Assembly (NCBI GenBank): GCA_964057225.1
Contig: OZ059900.1
Location: forward strand, 12,772,001 to 12,836,000
Direction of reading: 5' to 3'
DNA: 64,000 nucleotides
Source of the DNA: Auanema rhodensis
Taxonomy: Eukaryota; Animalia; Nematoda
Positions 39,875-55,625 of this stretch are shown in pieces; positions within the stretch are counted from its first letter, which is position 1, and the number at the start of each line of letters is the position of its first letter. The notes beneath the pieces are model-generated. The model worked only from the letters and a program-made list of their open reading frames with translations. It was not told the origin of the DNA and made no database searches. The position numbers were made by a program, and so were the translations under genes.

Positions 39875-42800
39875 ATGAAACATACGTGACAGTTATCTGT
39901 TGAAGTTAATTAAGATTCTATTGTTAAGTTTACTTCAAATTTTAGTTTACTTATCATAAATTAATTCAAGTAATCAGAAGAGATTCTGATTTATTTTCAA
40001 ATTGATTCTTAGTTATCTTCTTAGTTTCAATACTCATTCGTTAAAACTATCAATATTTGATATATTATATATGTATTAGATATACATTCAGCATAAACAA
40101 TACTTTTTAACAAAATCTTTTCACAATTTATTATTTTACAGAAATCAACAACAGAAAAGAAAAATAATTTAGTCTCAATAATAAGAGTTAAAACATAACT
40201 AATATAAAACAGAAACCAAATAGTCTATAGATATGAAACATACGTGACAGTTATGTGTTGAAGTTAATTAGGATTCTATTGTTAAGTTTACTTCAAATTT
40301 TAGTTTACTTATCATAAATTAATTCAAGTAATCAGAAGAGATTCTGATTTATTTTCAATTAGATTCTTAGTTATCTTCTTAGTTACAATACTCATTCGTT
40401 AAAACTATCAATATTTGATATATTATATATGTAATAGATATACATTCATCATAAACAATACTTTTTAACAAAATCTTTTCACAATTTATTATTTTACAGA
40501 AATCAACAACAGAAAAGAAAAATAATTTAGTCTCAATAATAAGAGTTAAAACATAACTAATATAAAACAGAAACCAAATAAGCTATAGATATGAAGCATA
40601 CGTGACAGTTATCTGTTGAAGTTAATTAGGATTCTATTGTTAAGTTTACTTCAAATTTTAGTTTACTTATCATAAATTAATTCAAGTAATCAGAAGAGAT
40701 TCTGATTTATTTTCAAATTGATTCTTAGTTATCTTCTTAGTTACAATACTCATTCGTTAAAACTATCAATATTTGATATATTATATATGTAATAGATATA
40801 CATTCATCATAAACAATACTTTTTAACAAAATCTTTTCACAATTTATTATTTTACAGAAATCAACAACAGAAAAGAAAAATAATTTAGTCTCAATAATAA
40901 GAGTTAAAACATAACTAATATAAAACAGAAACCAAATAGTCTATAGATATGAAACATACGTGACAGTTATGTGTTGAAGTTAATTAGGATTCTATTGTTA
41001 AGTTTACTTCAAATTTTAGTTTACTTATCATAAATTAATTCAAGTAATCAGAAGAGATTCTGATTTATTTTCAAATTGATTCTTAGTTATCTTCTTAGTT
41101 TCAATACTCATTCGTTAAAACTATCAATATTTGATATATTATATATGTATTAGATATACATTCAGCATAAACAATACTTTTTAACAAAATCTTTTCACAA
41201 TTTATTATTTTACAGAAATCAACAACAGAAAAGAAAAATAATTTAGTCTCAATAATAAGAGTTAAAACATAACTAATATAAAACAGAAACCAAATAGTCT
41301 ATAGATATGAAACATACGTGACAGTTATGTGTTGAAGTTAATTAGGATTCTATTGTTAAGTTTACTTCAAATTTTAGTTTACTTATCATAAATTAATTCA
41401 AGTAATCAGAAGAGATTCTGATTTATTTTCAAATTGATTCTTAGTTATCTTCTTAGTTTCAATACTCATTCGTTAAAACTATCAATATTTGATATATTAT
41501 ATATGTATTAGATATACATTCAGCATAAACAATACTTTTTAACAAAATCTTTTCACAATTTATTATTTTACAGAAATCAACAACAGAAAAGAAAAATAAT
41601 TTAGTCTCAATAATAAGAGTTAAAACATAACTAATATAAAACAGAAACCAAATAGTCTATAGATATGAAACATACGTGACAGTTATGTGTTGAAGTTAAT
41701 TAGGATTCTATTGTTAAGTTTACTTCAAATTTTAGTTTACTTATCATAAATTAATTCAAGTAATCAGAAGAGATTCTGATTTATTTTCAAATTGATTCTT
41801 AGTTATCTTCTTAGTTTCAATACTCATTCGTTAAAACTATCAATATTTGATATATTATATATGTATTAGATATACATTCAGCATAAACAATACTTTTTAA
41901 CAAAATCTTTTCACAATTTATTATTTTACAGAAATCAACAACAGAAAAGAAAAATAATTTAGTCTCAATAATAAGAGTTAAAACATAACTAATATAAAAC
42001 AGAAACCAAATAGTCTATAGATATGAAACATACGTGACAGTTATGTGTTGAAGTTAATTAGGATTCTATTGTTAAGTTTACTTCAAATTTTAGTTTACTT
42101 ATCATAAATTAATTCAAGTAATCAGAAGAGATTCTGATTTATTTTCAATTAGATTCTTAGTTATCTTCTTAGTTACAATACTCATTCGTTAAAACTATCA
42201 ATATTTGATATATTATATATGTAATAGATATACATTCATCATAAACAATACTTTTTAACAAAATCTTTTCACAATTTATTATTTTACAGAAATCAACAAC
42301 AGAAAAGAAAAATAATTTAGTCTCAATAATAAGAGTTAAAACATAACTAATATAAAACAGAAACCAAATAAGCTATAGATATGAAGCATACGTGACAGTT
42401 ATCTGTTGAAGTTAATTAGGATTCTATTGTTAAGTTTACTTCAAATTTTAGTTTACTTATCATAAATTAATTCAAGTAATCAGAAGAGATTCTGATTTAT
42501 TTTCAAATTGATTCTTAGTTATCTTCTTAGTTACAATACTCATTCGTTAAAACTATCAATATTTGATATATTATATATGTATTAGATATACATTCAGCAT
42601 AAACAATACTTTTTAACAAAATCTTTTCACAATTTATTATTTTACAGAAATCAACAACAGAAAAGAAAAATAATTTAGTCTCAATAATAAGAGTTAAAAT
42701 ATAACTAATATAAAACAGAAACCAAATAAGCTATAGATATGAAGCATACGTGACAGTTATCTGTTGAAGTTAATTAAGATTCTATTGTTAAGTTTACTTC

Positions 42801-45800
42801 AAATTTTAGTTTACTTATCATAAATTAATTCAAGTAATCAGAAGAGATTCTGATTTATTTTCAAATTGATTCTTAGTTATCTTCTTAGTTACAATACTCA
42901 TTCGTTAAAACTATCAATATTTGATATATTATATATGTATTAGATATACATTCATCATAAACAATACTTTTTAACAAAATCTTTTCACAATTTATTATTT
43001 TACAGAAATCAACAACAGAAAAGAAAGATAATTTAGTCTCAATAATAAGAGTTAAAACATAACTAATATAAAACAGAAACCAAATAGTCTATAGATATGA
43101 AACATACGTGACAGTTATCTGTTGAAGTTAATTAAGATTCTATTGTTAAGTTTACTTCAAATTTAGGTTTTCTTATGATAAATTAATTCAAGTAATCAGA
43201 AGAGATTCTGATTTATTTTCAAATTGATTCTTAGTTATCTTCTTAGTTACAATACTCATTCGTTAAAACTATCAATATTTGATATATTATATATGTATTA
43301 GATATACATTCAGCATAAACAATACTTTTTAACAAAATCTTTTCACAATTTATTATTTTACAGAAATCAACAACAGAAAAGAAAAATAATTTAGTCTCAA
43401 TAATAAGAGTTAAAATATAACTAATATAAAACAGAAACCAAATAAGCTATAGATATGAAGCATACGTGACAGTTATCTGTTGAAGTTAATTAAGATTCTA
43501 TTGTTAAGTTTACTTCAAATTTTAGTTTACTTATCATAAATTAATTCAAGTAATCAGAAGAGATTCTGATTTATTTTCAAATTGATTCTTAGTTATCTTC
43601 TTAGTTACAATACTCATTCGTTAAAACTATCAATATTTGATATATTATATATGTAATAGATATACATTCATCATAAACAATACTTTTTAACAAAATCTTT
43701 TCACAATTTATTATTTTACAGAAATCAACAACAGAAAAGAAAAATAATTTAGTCTCAATAATAAGAGTTAAAACATAACTAATATAAAACAGAAACCAAA
43801 TAGTCTATAGATATGAAGCATACGTGACAGTTATCTGTTGAAGTTAATTAAGATTCTATTGTTAAGTTTACTTCAAATTTTAGTTTACTTATCATAAATT
43901 AATTCAAGTAATCAGAAGAGATTCTGATTTATTTTCAAATTGATTCTTAGTTATCTTCTTAGTTACAATACTCATTCGTTAAAACTATCAATATTTGATA
44001 TATTATATATGTATTAGATATACATTCAGCATAAACAATACTTTTTAACAAAATCTTTTCACAATTTATTATTTTACAGAAATCAACAACAGAAAAGAAA
44101 AATAATTTAGTCTCAATAATAAGAGTTAAAATATAACTAATATAAAACAGAAACCAAATAAGCTATAGATATGAAGCATACGTGACAGTTATCTGTTGAA
44201 GTTAATTAAGATTCTATTGTTAAGTTTACTTCAAATTTTAGTTTACTTATCATAAATTAATTCAAGTAATCAGAAGAGATTCTGATTTATTTTCAAATTG
44301 ATTCTTAGTTATCTTCTTAGTTACAATACTCATTCGTTAAAACTATCAATATTTGATATATTATATATGTAATAGATATACATTCATCATAAACAATACT
44401 TTTTAACAAAATCTTTTCACAATTTATTATTTTACAGAAATCAACAACAGAAAAGAAAAATAATTTAGTCTCAATAATAAGAGTTAAAACATAACTAATA
44501 TAAAACAGAAACCAAATAGTCTATAGATATGAAACATACGTGACAGTTATGTGTTGAAGTTAATTAGGATTCTATTGTTAAGTTTACTTCAAATTTTAGT
44601 TTACTTATCATAAATTAATTCAAGTAATCAGAAGAGATTCTGATTTATTTTCAAATTGATTCTTAGTTATCTTCTTAGTTACAATACTCATTCGTTAAAA
44701 CTATCAATATTTGATATATTATATATGTAATAGATATACATTCATCATAAACAATACTTTTTAACAAAATCTTTTCACAATTTATTATTTTACAGAAATC
44801 AACAACAGAAAAGAAAAATAATTTAGTCTCAATAATAAGAGTTAAAACATAACTAATATAAAACAGAAACCAAATAGTCTATAGATATGAAACATACGTG
44901 ACAGTTATCTGTTGAAGTTAATTAAGATTCTATTGTTAAGTTTACTTCAAATTTTAGTTTACTTATCATAAATTAATTCAAGTAATCAGAAGAGATTCTG
45001 ATTTATTTTCAAATTGATTCTTAGTTATCTTCTTAGTTTCAATACTCATTCGTTAAAACTATCAATATTTGATATATTATATATGTAATAGATATACATT
45101 CATCATAAACAATACTTTTTAACAAAATCTTTTCACAATTTATTATTTTACAGAAATCAACAACAGAAAAGAAAAATAATTAGTCTCAATAGTAAGAGTT
45201 AAAACATAACTAATATAAAACAGAAACCAAATAGTCTATAGATATGAAACATACGTGACAGTTATGTGTTGAAGTTAATTAGGATTCTATTGTTAAGTTT
45301 ACTTCAAATTTTAGTTTACTTATCATAAATTAATTCAAGTAATCAGAAGAGATTCTGATTTATTTTCAAATTGATTCTTAGTTATCTTCTTAGTTACAAT
45401 ACTCATTCGTTAAAACTATCAATATTTGATATATTATATATGTAATAGATATACATTCATCATAAACAATACTTTTTAACAAAATCTTTTCACAATTTAT
45501 TATTTTACAGAAATCAACAACAGAAAAGAAAAATAATTTAGTCTCAATAATAAGAGTTAAAACATAACTAATATAAAACAGAAACCAAATAAGCTATAGA
45601 TATGAAGCATACGTGACAGTTATCTGTTGAAGTTAATTAGGATTCTATTGTTAAGTTTACTTCAAATTTTAGTTTACTTATCATAAATTAATTCAAGTAA
45701 TCAGAAGAGATTCTGATTTATTTTCAAATTGATTCTTAGTTATCTTCTTAGTTACAATACTCATTCGTTAAAACTATCAATATTTGATATATTATATATG

Positions 45801-48800
45801 TAATAGATATACATTCATCATAAACAATACTTTTTAACAAAATCTTTTCACAATTTATTATTTTACAGAAATCAACAACAGAAAAGAAAAATAATTTAGT
45901 CTCAATAATAAGAGTTAAAACATAACTAATATAAAACAGAAACCAAATAGTCTATAGATATGAAACATACGTGACAGTTATCTGTTGAAGTTAATTAGGA
46001 TTCTATTGTTAAGTTTACTTCCAATTTTAGTTTACTTATCATAAATTAATTCAAGTAATCAGAAGAGATTCTGATTTATTTTCAAATTGATTCTTAGTTA
46101 TCTTCTTAGTTACAATACTCATTCGTTAAAACTATCAATATTTGATATATTATATATGTAATAGATATACATTCATCATAAACAATACTTTTTAACAAAA
46201 TCTTTTCACAATTTATTATTTTACAGAAATCAACAACAGAAAAGAAAAATAATTTAGTCTCAATAATAAGAGTTAAAACATAACTAATATAAAACAGAAA
46301 CCAAATAGTCTATAGATATGAAACATACGTGACAGTTATCTGTTGAAGTTAATTAAGATTCTATTGTTAAGTTTACTTCAAATTTAGGTTTTCTTATGAT
46401 AAATTAATTCAAGTAATCAGAAGAGATTCTGATTTATTTTCAAATTGATTCTTAGTTATCTTCTTAGTTACAATACTCATTCGTTAAAACTATCAATATT
46501 TGATATATTATATATGTAATAGATATACATTCATCATAAACAATACTTTTTAACAAAATCTTTTCACAATTTATTATTTTACAGAAATCAACAACAGAAA
46601 AGAAAAATAATTTAGTCTCAATAATAAGAGTTAAAACATAACTAATATAAAACAGAAACCAAATAGTCTATAGATATGAAACATACGTGACAGTTATCTG
46701 TTGAAGTTAATTAAGATTCTATTGTTAAGTTTACTTCAAATTTAGGTTTTCTTATGATAAATTAATTCAAGTAATCAGAAGAGATTCTGATTTATTTTCA
46801 AATTGATTCTTAGTTATCTTCTTAGTTACAATACTCATTCGTTAAAACTATCAATATTTGATATATTATATATGTAATAGATATACATTCATCATAAACA
46901 ATACTTTTTAACAAAATCTTTTCACAATTTATTATTTTACAGAAATCAACAACAGAAAAGAAAAATAATTTAGTCTCAATAATAAGAGTTAAAACATAAC
47001 TAATATAAAACAGAAACCAAATAAGCTATAGATATGAAGCATACGTGACAGTTATCTGTTGAAGTTAATTAGGATTCTATTGTTAAGTTTACTTCAAATT
47101 TTAGTTTACTTATCATAAATTAATTCAAGTAATCAGAAGAGATTCTGATTTATTTTCAATTAGATTCTTAGTTATCTTCTTAGTTACAATACTCATTCGT
47201 TAAAACTATCAATATTTGATATATTATATATGTAATAGATATACATTCATCATAAACAATACTTTTTAACAAAATCTTTTCACAATTTATTATTTTACAG
47301 AAATCAACAACAGAAAAGAAAAATAATTTAGTCTCAATAATAAGAGTTAAAACATAACTAATATAAAACAGAAACCAAATAAGCTATAGATATGAAGCAT
47401 ACGTGACAGTTATCTGTTGAAGTTAATTAGGATTCTATTGTTAAGTTTACTTCAAATTTTAGTTTACTTATCATAAATTAATTCTAGTAATCAGAAGAGA
47501 TTCTGATTTATTTTCAAATTGATTCTTAGTTATCTTCTTAGTTACAATACTCATTCGTTAAAACTATCAATATTTGATATATTATATATGTAATAGATAT
47601 ACATTCATCATAAACAATACTTTTTAACAAAATCTTTTCACAATTTATTATTTTACAGAAATCAACAACAGAAAAGAAAAATAATTTAGTCTCAATAATA
47701 AGAGTTAAAACATAACTAATATAAAACAGAAACCAAATAGTCTATAGATATGAAACATACGTGACAGTTATCTGTTGAAGTTAATTAAGATTCTATTGTT
47801 AAGTTTACTTCAAATTTAGGTTTTCTTATGATAAATTAATTCAAGTAATCAGAAGAGATTCTGATTTATTTTCAAATTGATTCTTAGTTATCTTCTTAGT
47901 TACAATACTCATTCGTTAAAACTATCAATATTTGATATATTATATATGTAATAGATATACATTCATCATAAACAATACTTTTTAACAAAATCTTTTCACA
48001 ATTTATTATTTTACAGAAATCAACAACAGAAAAGAAAAATAATTTAGTCTCAATAATAAGAGTTAAAACATAACTAATATAAAACAGAAACCAAATAGTC
48101 TATAGATATGAAACATACGTGACAGTTATCTGCTGAAGTTAATTAAGATTCTATTGTTAAGTTTACTTCAAATTTAGGTTTTCTTATGATAAATTAATTC
48201 AAGTAATCAGAAGAGATTCTGATTTATTTTCAAATTGATTCTTAGTTATCTTCTTAGTTACAATACTCATTCGTTAAAACTATCAATATTTGATATATTA
48301 TATATGTAATAGATATACATTCATCATAAACAATACTTTTTAACAAAATCTTTTCACAATTTATTATTTTACAGAAATCAACAACAGAAAAGAAAAATAA
48401 TTTAGTCTCAATAATAAGAGTTAAAACATAACTAATATAAAACAGAAACCAAATAGTCTATAGATATGAAACATACGTGACAGTTATCTGTTGAAGTTAA
48501 TTAGGATTCTATTGTTAAGTTTACTTCAAATTTAGGTTTTCTTATGATAAATTAATTCAAGTAATCAGAAGAGATTCTGATTTATTTTCAAATTGATTCT
48601 TAGTTATCTTCTTAGTTACAATACTCATTCGTTAAAACTATCAATATTTGATATATTATATATGTAATAGATATACATTCATCATAAACAATACTTTTTA
48701 ACAAAATCTTTTCACAATTTATTATTTTACAGAAATCAACAACAGAAAAGAAAAATAATTTAGTCTCAATAATAAGAGTTAAAACATAACTAATATAAAA

Positions 48801-51800
48801 CAGAAACCAAATAAGCTATAGATATGAAGCATACGTGACAGTTATCTGTTGAAGTTAATTAGGATTCTATTGTTAAGTTTACTTCAAATTTTAGTTTACT
48901 TATCATAAATTAATTCAAGTAATCAGAAGAGATTCTGATTTATTTTCAAATTGATTCTTAGTTATCTTCTTAGTTACAATACTCATTCGTTAAAACTATC
49001 AATATTTGATATATTATATATGTAATAGATATACATTCATCATAAACAATACTTTTTAACAAAATCTTTTCACAATTTATTATTTTACAGAAATCAACAA
49101 CAGAAAAGAAAAATAATTTAGTCTCAATAATAAGAGTTAAAACATAACTAATATAAAACAGAAACCAAATAGTCTATAGATATGAAACATACGTGACAGT
49201 TATCTGTTGAAGTTAATTAGGATTCTATTGTTAAGTTTACTTCAAATTTAGGTTTTCTTATGATAAATTAATTCAAGTAATCAGAAGAGATTCTGATTTA
49301 TTTTCAAATTGATTCTTAGTTATCTTCTTAGTTACAATACTCATTCGTTAAAACTATCAATATTTGATATATTATATATGTAATAGATATACATTCATCA
49401 TAAACAATACTTTTTAACAAAATCTTTTCACAATTTATTATTTTACAGAAATCAACAACAGAAAAGAAAAATAATTTAGTCTCAATAATAAGAGTTAAAA
49501 CATAACTAATATAAAACAGAAACCAAATAAGCTATAGATATGAAGCATACGTGACAGTTATCTGTTGAAGTTAATTAGGATTCTATTGTTAAGTTTACTT
49601 CAAATTTTAGTTTACTTATCATAAATTAATTCAAGTAATCAGAAGAGATTCTGATTTATTTTCAAATTGATTCTTAGTTATCTTCTTAGTTACAATACTC
49701 ATTCGTTAAAACTATCAATATTTGATATATTATATATGTAATAGATATACATTCATCATAAACAATACTTTTTAACAAAATCTTTTCACAATTTATTATT
49801 TTACAGAAATCAACAACAGAAAAGAAAAATAATTTAGTCTCAATAATAAGAGTTAAAACATAACTAATATAAAACAGAAACCAAATAAGCTATAGATATG
49901 AAGCATACGTGACAGTTATCTGTTGAAGTTAATTAGGATTCTATTGTTAAGTTTACTTCAAATTTTAGTTTACTTATCATAAATTAATTCAAGTAATCAG
50001 AAGAGATTCTGATTTATTTTCAAATTGATTCTTAGTTATCTTCTTAGTTACAATACTCATTCGTTAAAACTATCAATATTTGATATATTATATATGTAAT
50101 AGATATACATTCATCATAAACAATACTTTTTAACAAAATCTTTTCACAATTTATTATTTTACAGAAATCAACAACAGAAAAGAAAAATAATTTAGTCTCA
50201 ATAATAAGAGTTAAAACATAACTAATATAAAACAGAAACCAAATAGTCTATAGATATGAAACATACGTGACAGTTATCTGTTGAAGTTAATTAAGATTCT
50301 ATTGTTAAGTTTACTTCAAATTTAGGTTTTCTTATGATAAATTAATTCAAGTAATCAGAAGAGATTCTGATTTATTTTCAAATTGATTCTTAGTTATCTT
50401 CTTAGTTACAATACTCATTCGTTAAAACTATCAATATTTGATATATTATATATGTAATAGATATACATTCATCATAAACAATACTTTTTAACAAAATCTT
50501 TTCACAATTTATTATTTTACAGAAATCAACAACAGAAAAGAAAAATAATTTAGTCTCAATAATAAGAGTTAAAACATAACTAATATAAAACAGAAACCAA
50601 ATAAGCTATAGATATGAAGCATACGTGACAGTTATCTGTTGAAGTTAATTAGGATTCTATTGTTAAGTTTACTTCAAATTTTAGTTTACTTATCATAAAT
50701 TAATTCAAGTAATCAGAAGAGATTCTGATTTATTTTCAAATTGATTCTTAGTTATCTTCTTAGTTACAATACTCATTCGTTAAAACTATCAATATTTGAT
50801 ATATTATATATGTAATAGATATACATTCATCATAAACAATACTTTTTAACAAAATATTTTCACAATTTATTATTTTACAGAAATCAACAACAGAAAAGAA
50901 AAATAATTTAGTCTCAATAATAAGAGTTAAAACATAACTAATATAAAACAGAAACCAAATAAGCTATAGATATGAAGCATACGTGACAGTTATCTGTTGA
51001 AGTTAATTAGGATTCTATTGTTAAGTTTACTTCAAATTTTAGTTTACTTATCATAAATTAATTCAAGTAATCAGAAGAGATTCTGATTTATTTTCAAATT
51101 GATTCTTAGTTATCTTCTTAGTTACAATACTCATTCGTTAAAACTATCAATATTTGATATATTATATATGTAATAGATATACATTCATCATAAACAATAC
51201 TTTTTAACAAAATCTTTTCACAATTTATTATTTTACAGAAATCAACAACAGAAAAGAAAAATAATTTAGTCTCAATAATAAGAGTTAAAACATAACTAAT
51301 ATAAAACAGAAACCAAATAAGCTATAGATATGAAGCATACGTGACAGTTATCTGTTGAAGTTAATTAGGATTCTATTGTTAAGTTTACTTCAAATTTTAG
51401 TTTACTTATCATAAATTAATTCAAGTAATCAGAAGAGATTCTGATTTATTTTCAAATTGATTCTTAGTTATCTTCTTAGTTACAATACTCATTCGTTAAA
51501 ACTATCAATATTTGATATATTATATATGTAATAGATATACATTCATCATAAACAATACTTTTTAACAAAATCTTTTCACAATTTATTATTTTACAGAAAT
51601 CAACAACAGAAAAGAAAAATAATTTAGTCTCAATAATAAGAGTTAAAACATAACTAATATAAAACAGAAACCAAATAAGCTATAGATATGAAGCATACGT
51701 GACAGTTATCTGTTGAAGTTAATTAGGATTCTATTGTTAAGTTTACTTCAAATTTTAGTTTACTTATCATAAATTAATTCAAGTAATCAGAAGAGATTCT

Positions 51801-54800
51801 GATTTATTTTCAAATTGATTCTTAGTTATCTTCTTAGTTACAATACTCATTCGTTAAAACTATCAATATTTGATATATTATATATGTAATAGATATACAT
51901 TCATCATAAACAATACTTTTTAACAAAATCTTTTCACAATTTATTATTTTACAGAAATCAACAACAGAAAAGAAAAATAATTTAGTCTCAATAATAAGAG
52001 TTAAAACATAACTAATATAAAACAGAAACCAAATAAGCTATAGATATGAAGCATACGTGACAGTTATCTGTTGAAGTTAATTAGGATTCTATTGTTAAGT
52101 TTACTTCAAATTTTAGTTTACTTATCATAAATTAATTCAAGTAATCAGAAGAGATTCTGATTTATTTTCAAATTGATTCTTAGTTATCTTCTTAGTTACA
52201 ATACTCATTCGTTAAAACTATCAATATTTGATATATTATATATGTAATAGATATACATTCATCATAAACAATACTTTTTAACAAAATCTTTTCACAATTT
52301 ATTATTTTACAGAAATCAACAACAGAAAAGAAAAATAATTTAGTCTCAATAATAAGAGTTAAAACATAACTAATATAAAACAGAAACCAAATAGTCTATA
52401 GATATGAAACATACGTGACAGTTATCTGTTGAAGTTAATTAAGATTCTATTGTTAAGTTTACTTCAAATTTAGGTTTTCTTATGATAAATTAATTCAAGT
52501 AATCAGAAGAGATTCTGATTTATTTTCAAATTGATTCTTAGTTATCTTCTTAGTTACAATACTCATTCGTTAAAACTATCAATATTTGATATATTATATA
52601 TGTAATAGATATACATTCATCATAAACAATACTTTTTAACAAAATCTTTTCACAATTTATTATTTTACAGAAATCAACAACAGAAAAGAAAAATAATTTA
52701 GTCTCAATAATAAGAGTTAAAACATAACTAATATAAAACAGAAACCAAATAGTCTATAGATATGAAACATACGTGACAGTTATCTGCTGAAGTTAATTAA
52801 GATTCTATTGTTAAGTTTACTTCAAATTTAGGTTTTCTTATGATAAATTAATTCAAGTAATCAGAAGAGATTCTGATTTATTTTCAAATTGATTCTTAGT
52901 TATCTTCTTAGTTACAATACTCATTCGTTAAAACTATCAATATTTGATATATTATATATGCAATAGATATACATTCATCATAAACAATACTTTTTAACAA
53001 AATATTTTCACAATTTATTATTTTACAGAAATCAACAACAGAAAAGAAAAATAATTTATTCTCAATAATAAGAGTTAAAACATAACTAATATAAAACAGA
53101 AACCAAATAGTCTATAGATATGAAACATACGTGACAGTTATCTGTTGAAGTTAATTAAGATTCTATTGTTAAGTTTACTTCAAATTTAGGTTTTCTTATG
53201 ATAAATTAATTCAAGTAATCAGAAGAGATTCTGATTTATTTTCAAATTGATTCTTAGTTATCTTCTTAGTTACAATACTCATTCGTTAAAACTATCAATA
53301 TTTGATATATTATATATGTAATAGATATACATTCATCATAAACAATACTTTTTAACAAAATCTTTTCACAATTTATTATTTTACAGAAATCAACAACAGA
53401 AAAGAAAAATAATTTAGTCTCAATAATAAGAGTTAAAACATAACTAATATAAAACAGAAACCAAATAGTCTATAGATATGAAACATACGTGACAGTTATC
53501 TGTTGAAGTTAATTAAGATTCTATTGTTAAGTTTACTTCAAATTTAGGTTTTCTTATGATAAATTAATTCAAGTAATCAGAAGAGATTCTGATTTATTTT
53601 CAAATTGATTCTTAGTTATCTTCTTAGTTACAATACTCATTCGTTAAAACTATCAATATTTGATATATTATATATGTAATAGATATACATTCATCATAAA
53701 CAATACTTTTTAACAAAATCTTTTCACAATTTATTATTTTACAGAAATCAACAACAGAAAAGAAAAATAATTTAGTCTCAATAATAAGAGTTAAAACATA
53801 ACTAATATAAAACAGAAACCAAATAGTCTATAGATATGAAACATACGTGACAGTTATCTGTTGAAGTTAATTAAGATTCTATTGTTAAGTTTACTTCAAA
53901 TTTAGGTTTTCTTATGATAAATTAATTCAAGTAATCAGAAGAGATTCTGATTTATTTTCAAATTGATTCTTAGTTATCTTCTTAGTTACAATACTCATTC
54001 GTTAAAACTATCAATATTTGATATATTATATATGTAATAGATATACATTCATCATAAACAATACTTTTTAACAAAATCTTTTCACAATTTATTATTTTAC
54101 AGAAATCAACAACAGAAAAGAAAAATAATTTAGTCTCAATAATAAGAGTTAAAACATAACTAATATAAAACAGAAACCAAATAAGCTATAGATATGAAGC
54201 ATACGTGACAGTTATCTGTTGAAGTTAATTAGGATTCTATTGTTAAGTTTACTTCAAATTTAGGTTTTCTTATGATAAATTAATTCAAGTAATCAGAAGA
54301 GATTCTGATTTATTTTCAAATTGATTCTTAGTTATCTTCTTAGTTACAATACTCATTCGTTAAAACTATCAATATTTGATATATTATATATGTAATAGAT
54401 ATACATTCATCATAAACAATACTTTTTAACAAAATCTTTTCATAATTTATTATTTTACAGAAATCAACAACAGAAAAGAAAAATAATTTAGTCTCAATAA
54501 TAAGAGTTAAAACATAACTAATATAAAACAGAAACCAAATAAGCTATAGATATGAAGCATACGTGACAGTTATCTGTTGAAGTTAATTAAGATTCTATTG
54601 TTAAGTTTACTTCAAATTTAGGTTTTCTTATGATAAATTAATTCAAGTAATCAGAAGAGATTCTGATTTATTTTCAAATTGATTCTTAGTTATCTTCTTA
54701 GTTACAATACTCATTCGTTAAAACTATCAATATTTGATATATTATATATGTAATAGATATACATTCATCATAAACAATACTTTTCAACAAAATCTTTTCA

Positions 54801-55625
54801 CAATTTATTATTTTACAGAAATCAACAACAGAAAAGAAAAATAATTTAGTCTCAATAATAAGAGTTAAAACATAACTAATATAAAACAGAAACCAAATAG
54901 TCTATAGATATGAAACATACGTGACAGTTATCTGTTGAAGTTAATTAAGATTCTATTGTTAAGTTTACTTCAAATTTAGGTTTTCTTATGATAAATTAAT
55001 TCAAGTAATCAGAAGAGATTCTGATTTATTTTCAAATTGATTCTTAGTTATCTTCTTAGTTACAATACTCATTCGTTAAAACTATCAATATTTGATATAT
55101 GATATATGTAATAGATATACATTCATCATAAACAATACTTTTTAACAAAATCTTTTCACAATTTATTATTTTACAGAAATCAACAACAGAAAAGAAAAAT
55201 AATTTAGTCTCAATAATAAGAGTTAAAACATAACTAATATAAAACAGAAACCAAATAAGCTATAGATATGAAGCATACGTGACAGTTATCTGTTGAAGTT
55301 AATTAGGATTCTATTGTTAAGTTTACTTCAAATTTAGGTTTTCTTATGATAAATTAATTCAAGTAATCAGAAGAGATTCTGATTTATTTTCAAATTGATT
55401 CTTAGTTATCTTCTTAGTTACAATACTCATTCGTTAAAACTATCAATATTTGATATATTATATATGTAATAGATATACATTCATCATAAACAATACTTTT
55501 TAACAAAATCTTTTCACAATTTATTATTTTACAGAAATCAACAACAGAAAAGAAAAATAATTTAGTCTCAATAATAAGAGTTAAAACATAACTAATATAA
55601 AACAGAAACCAAATAAGCTATAGAT

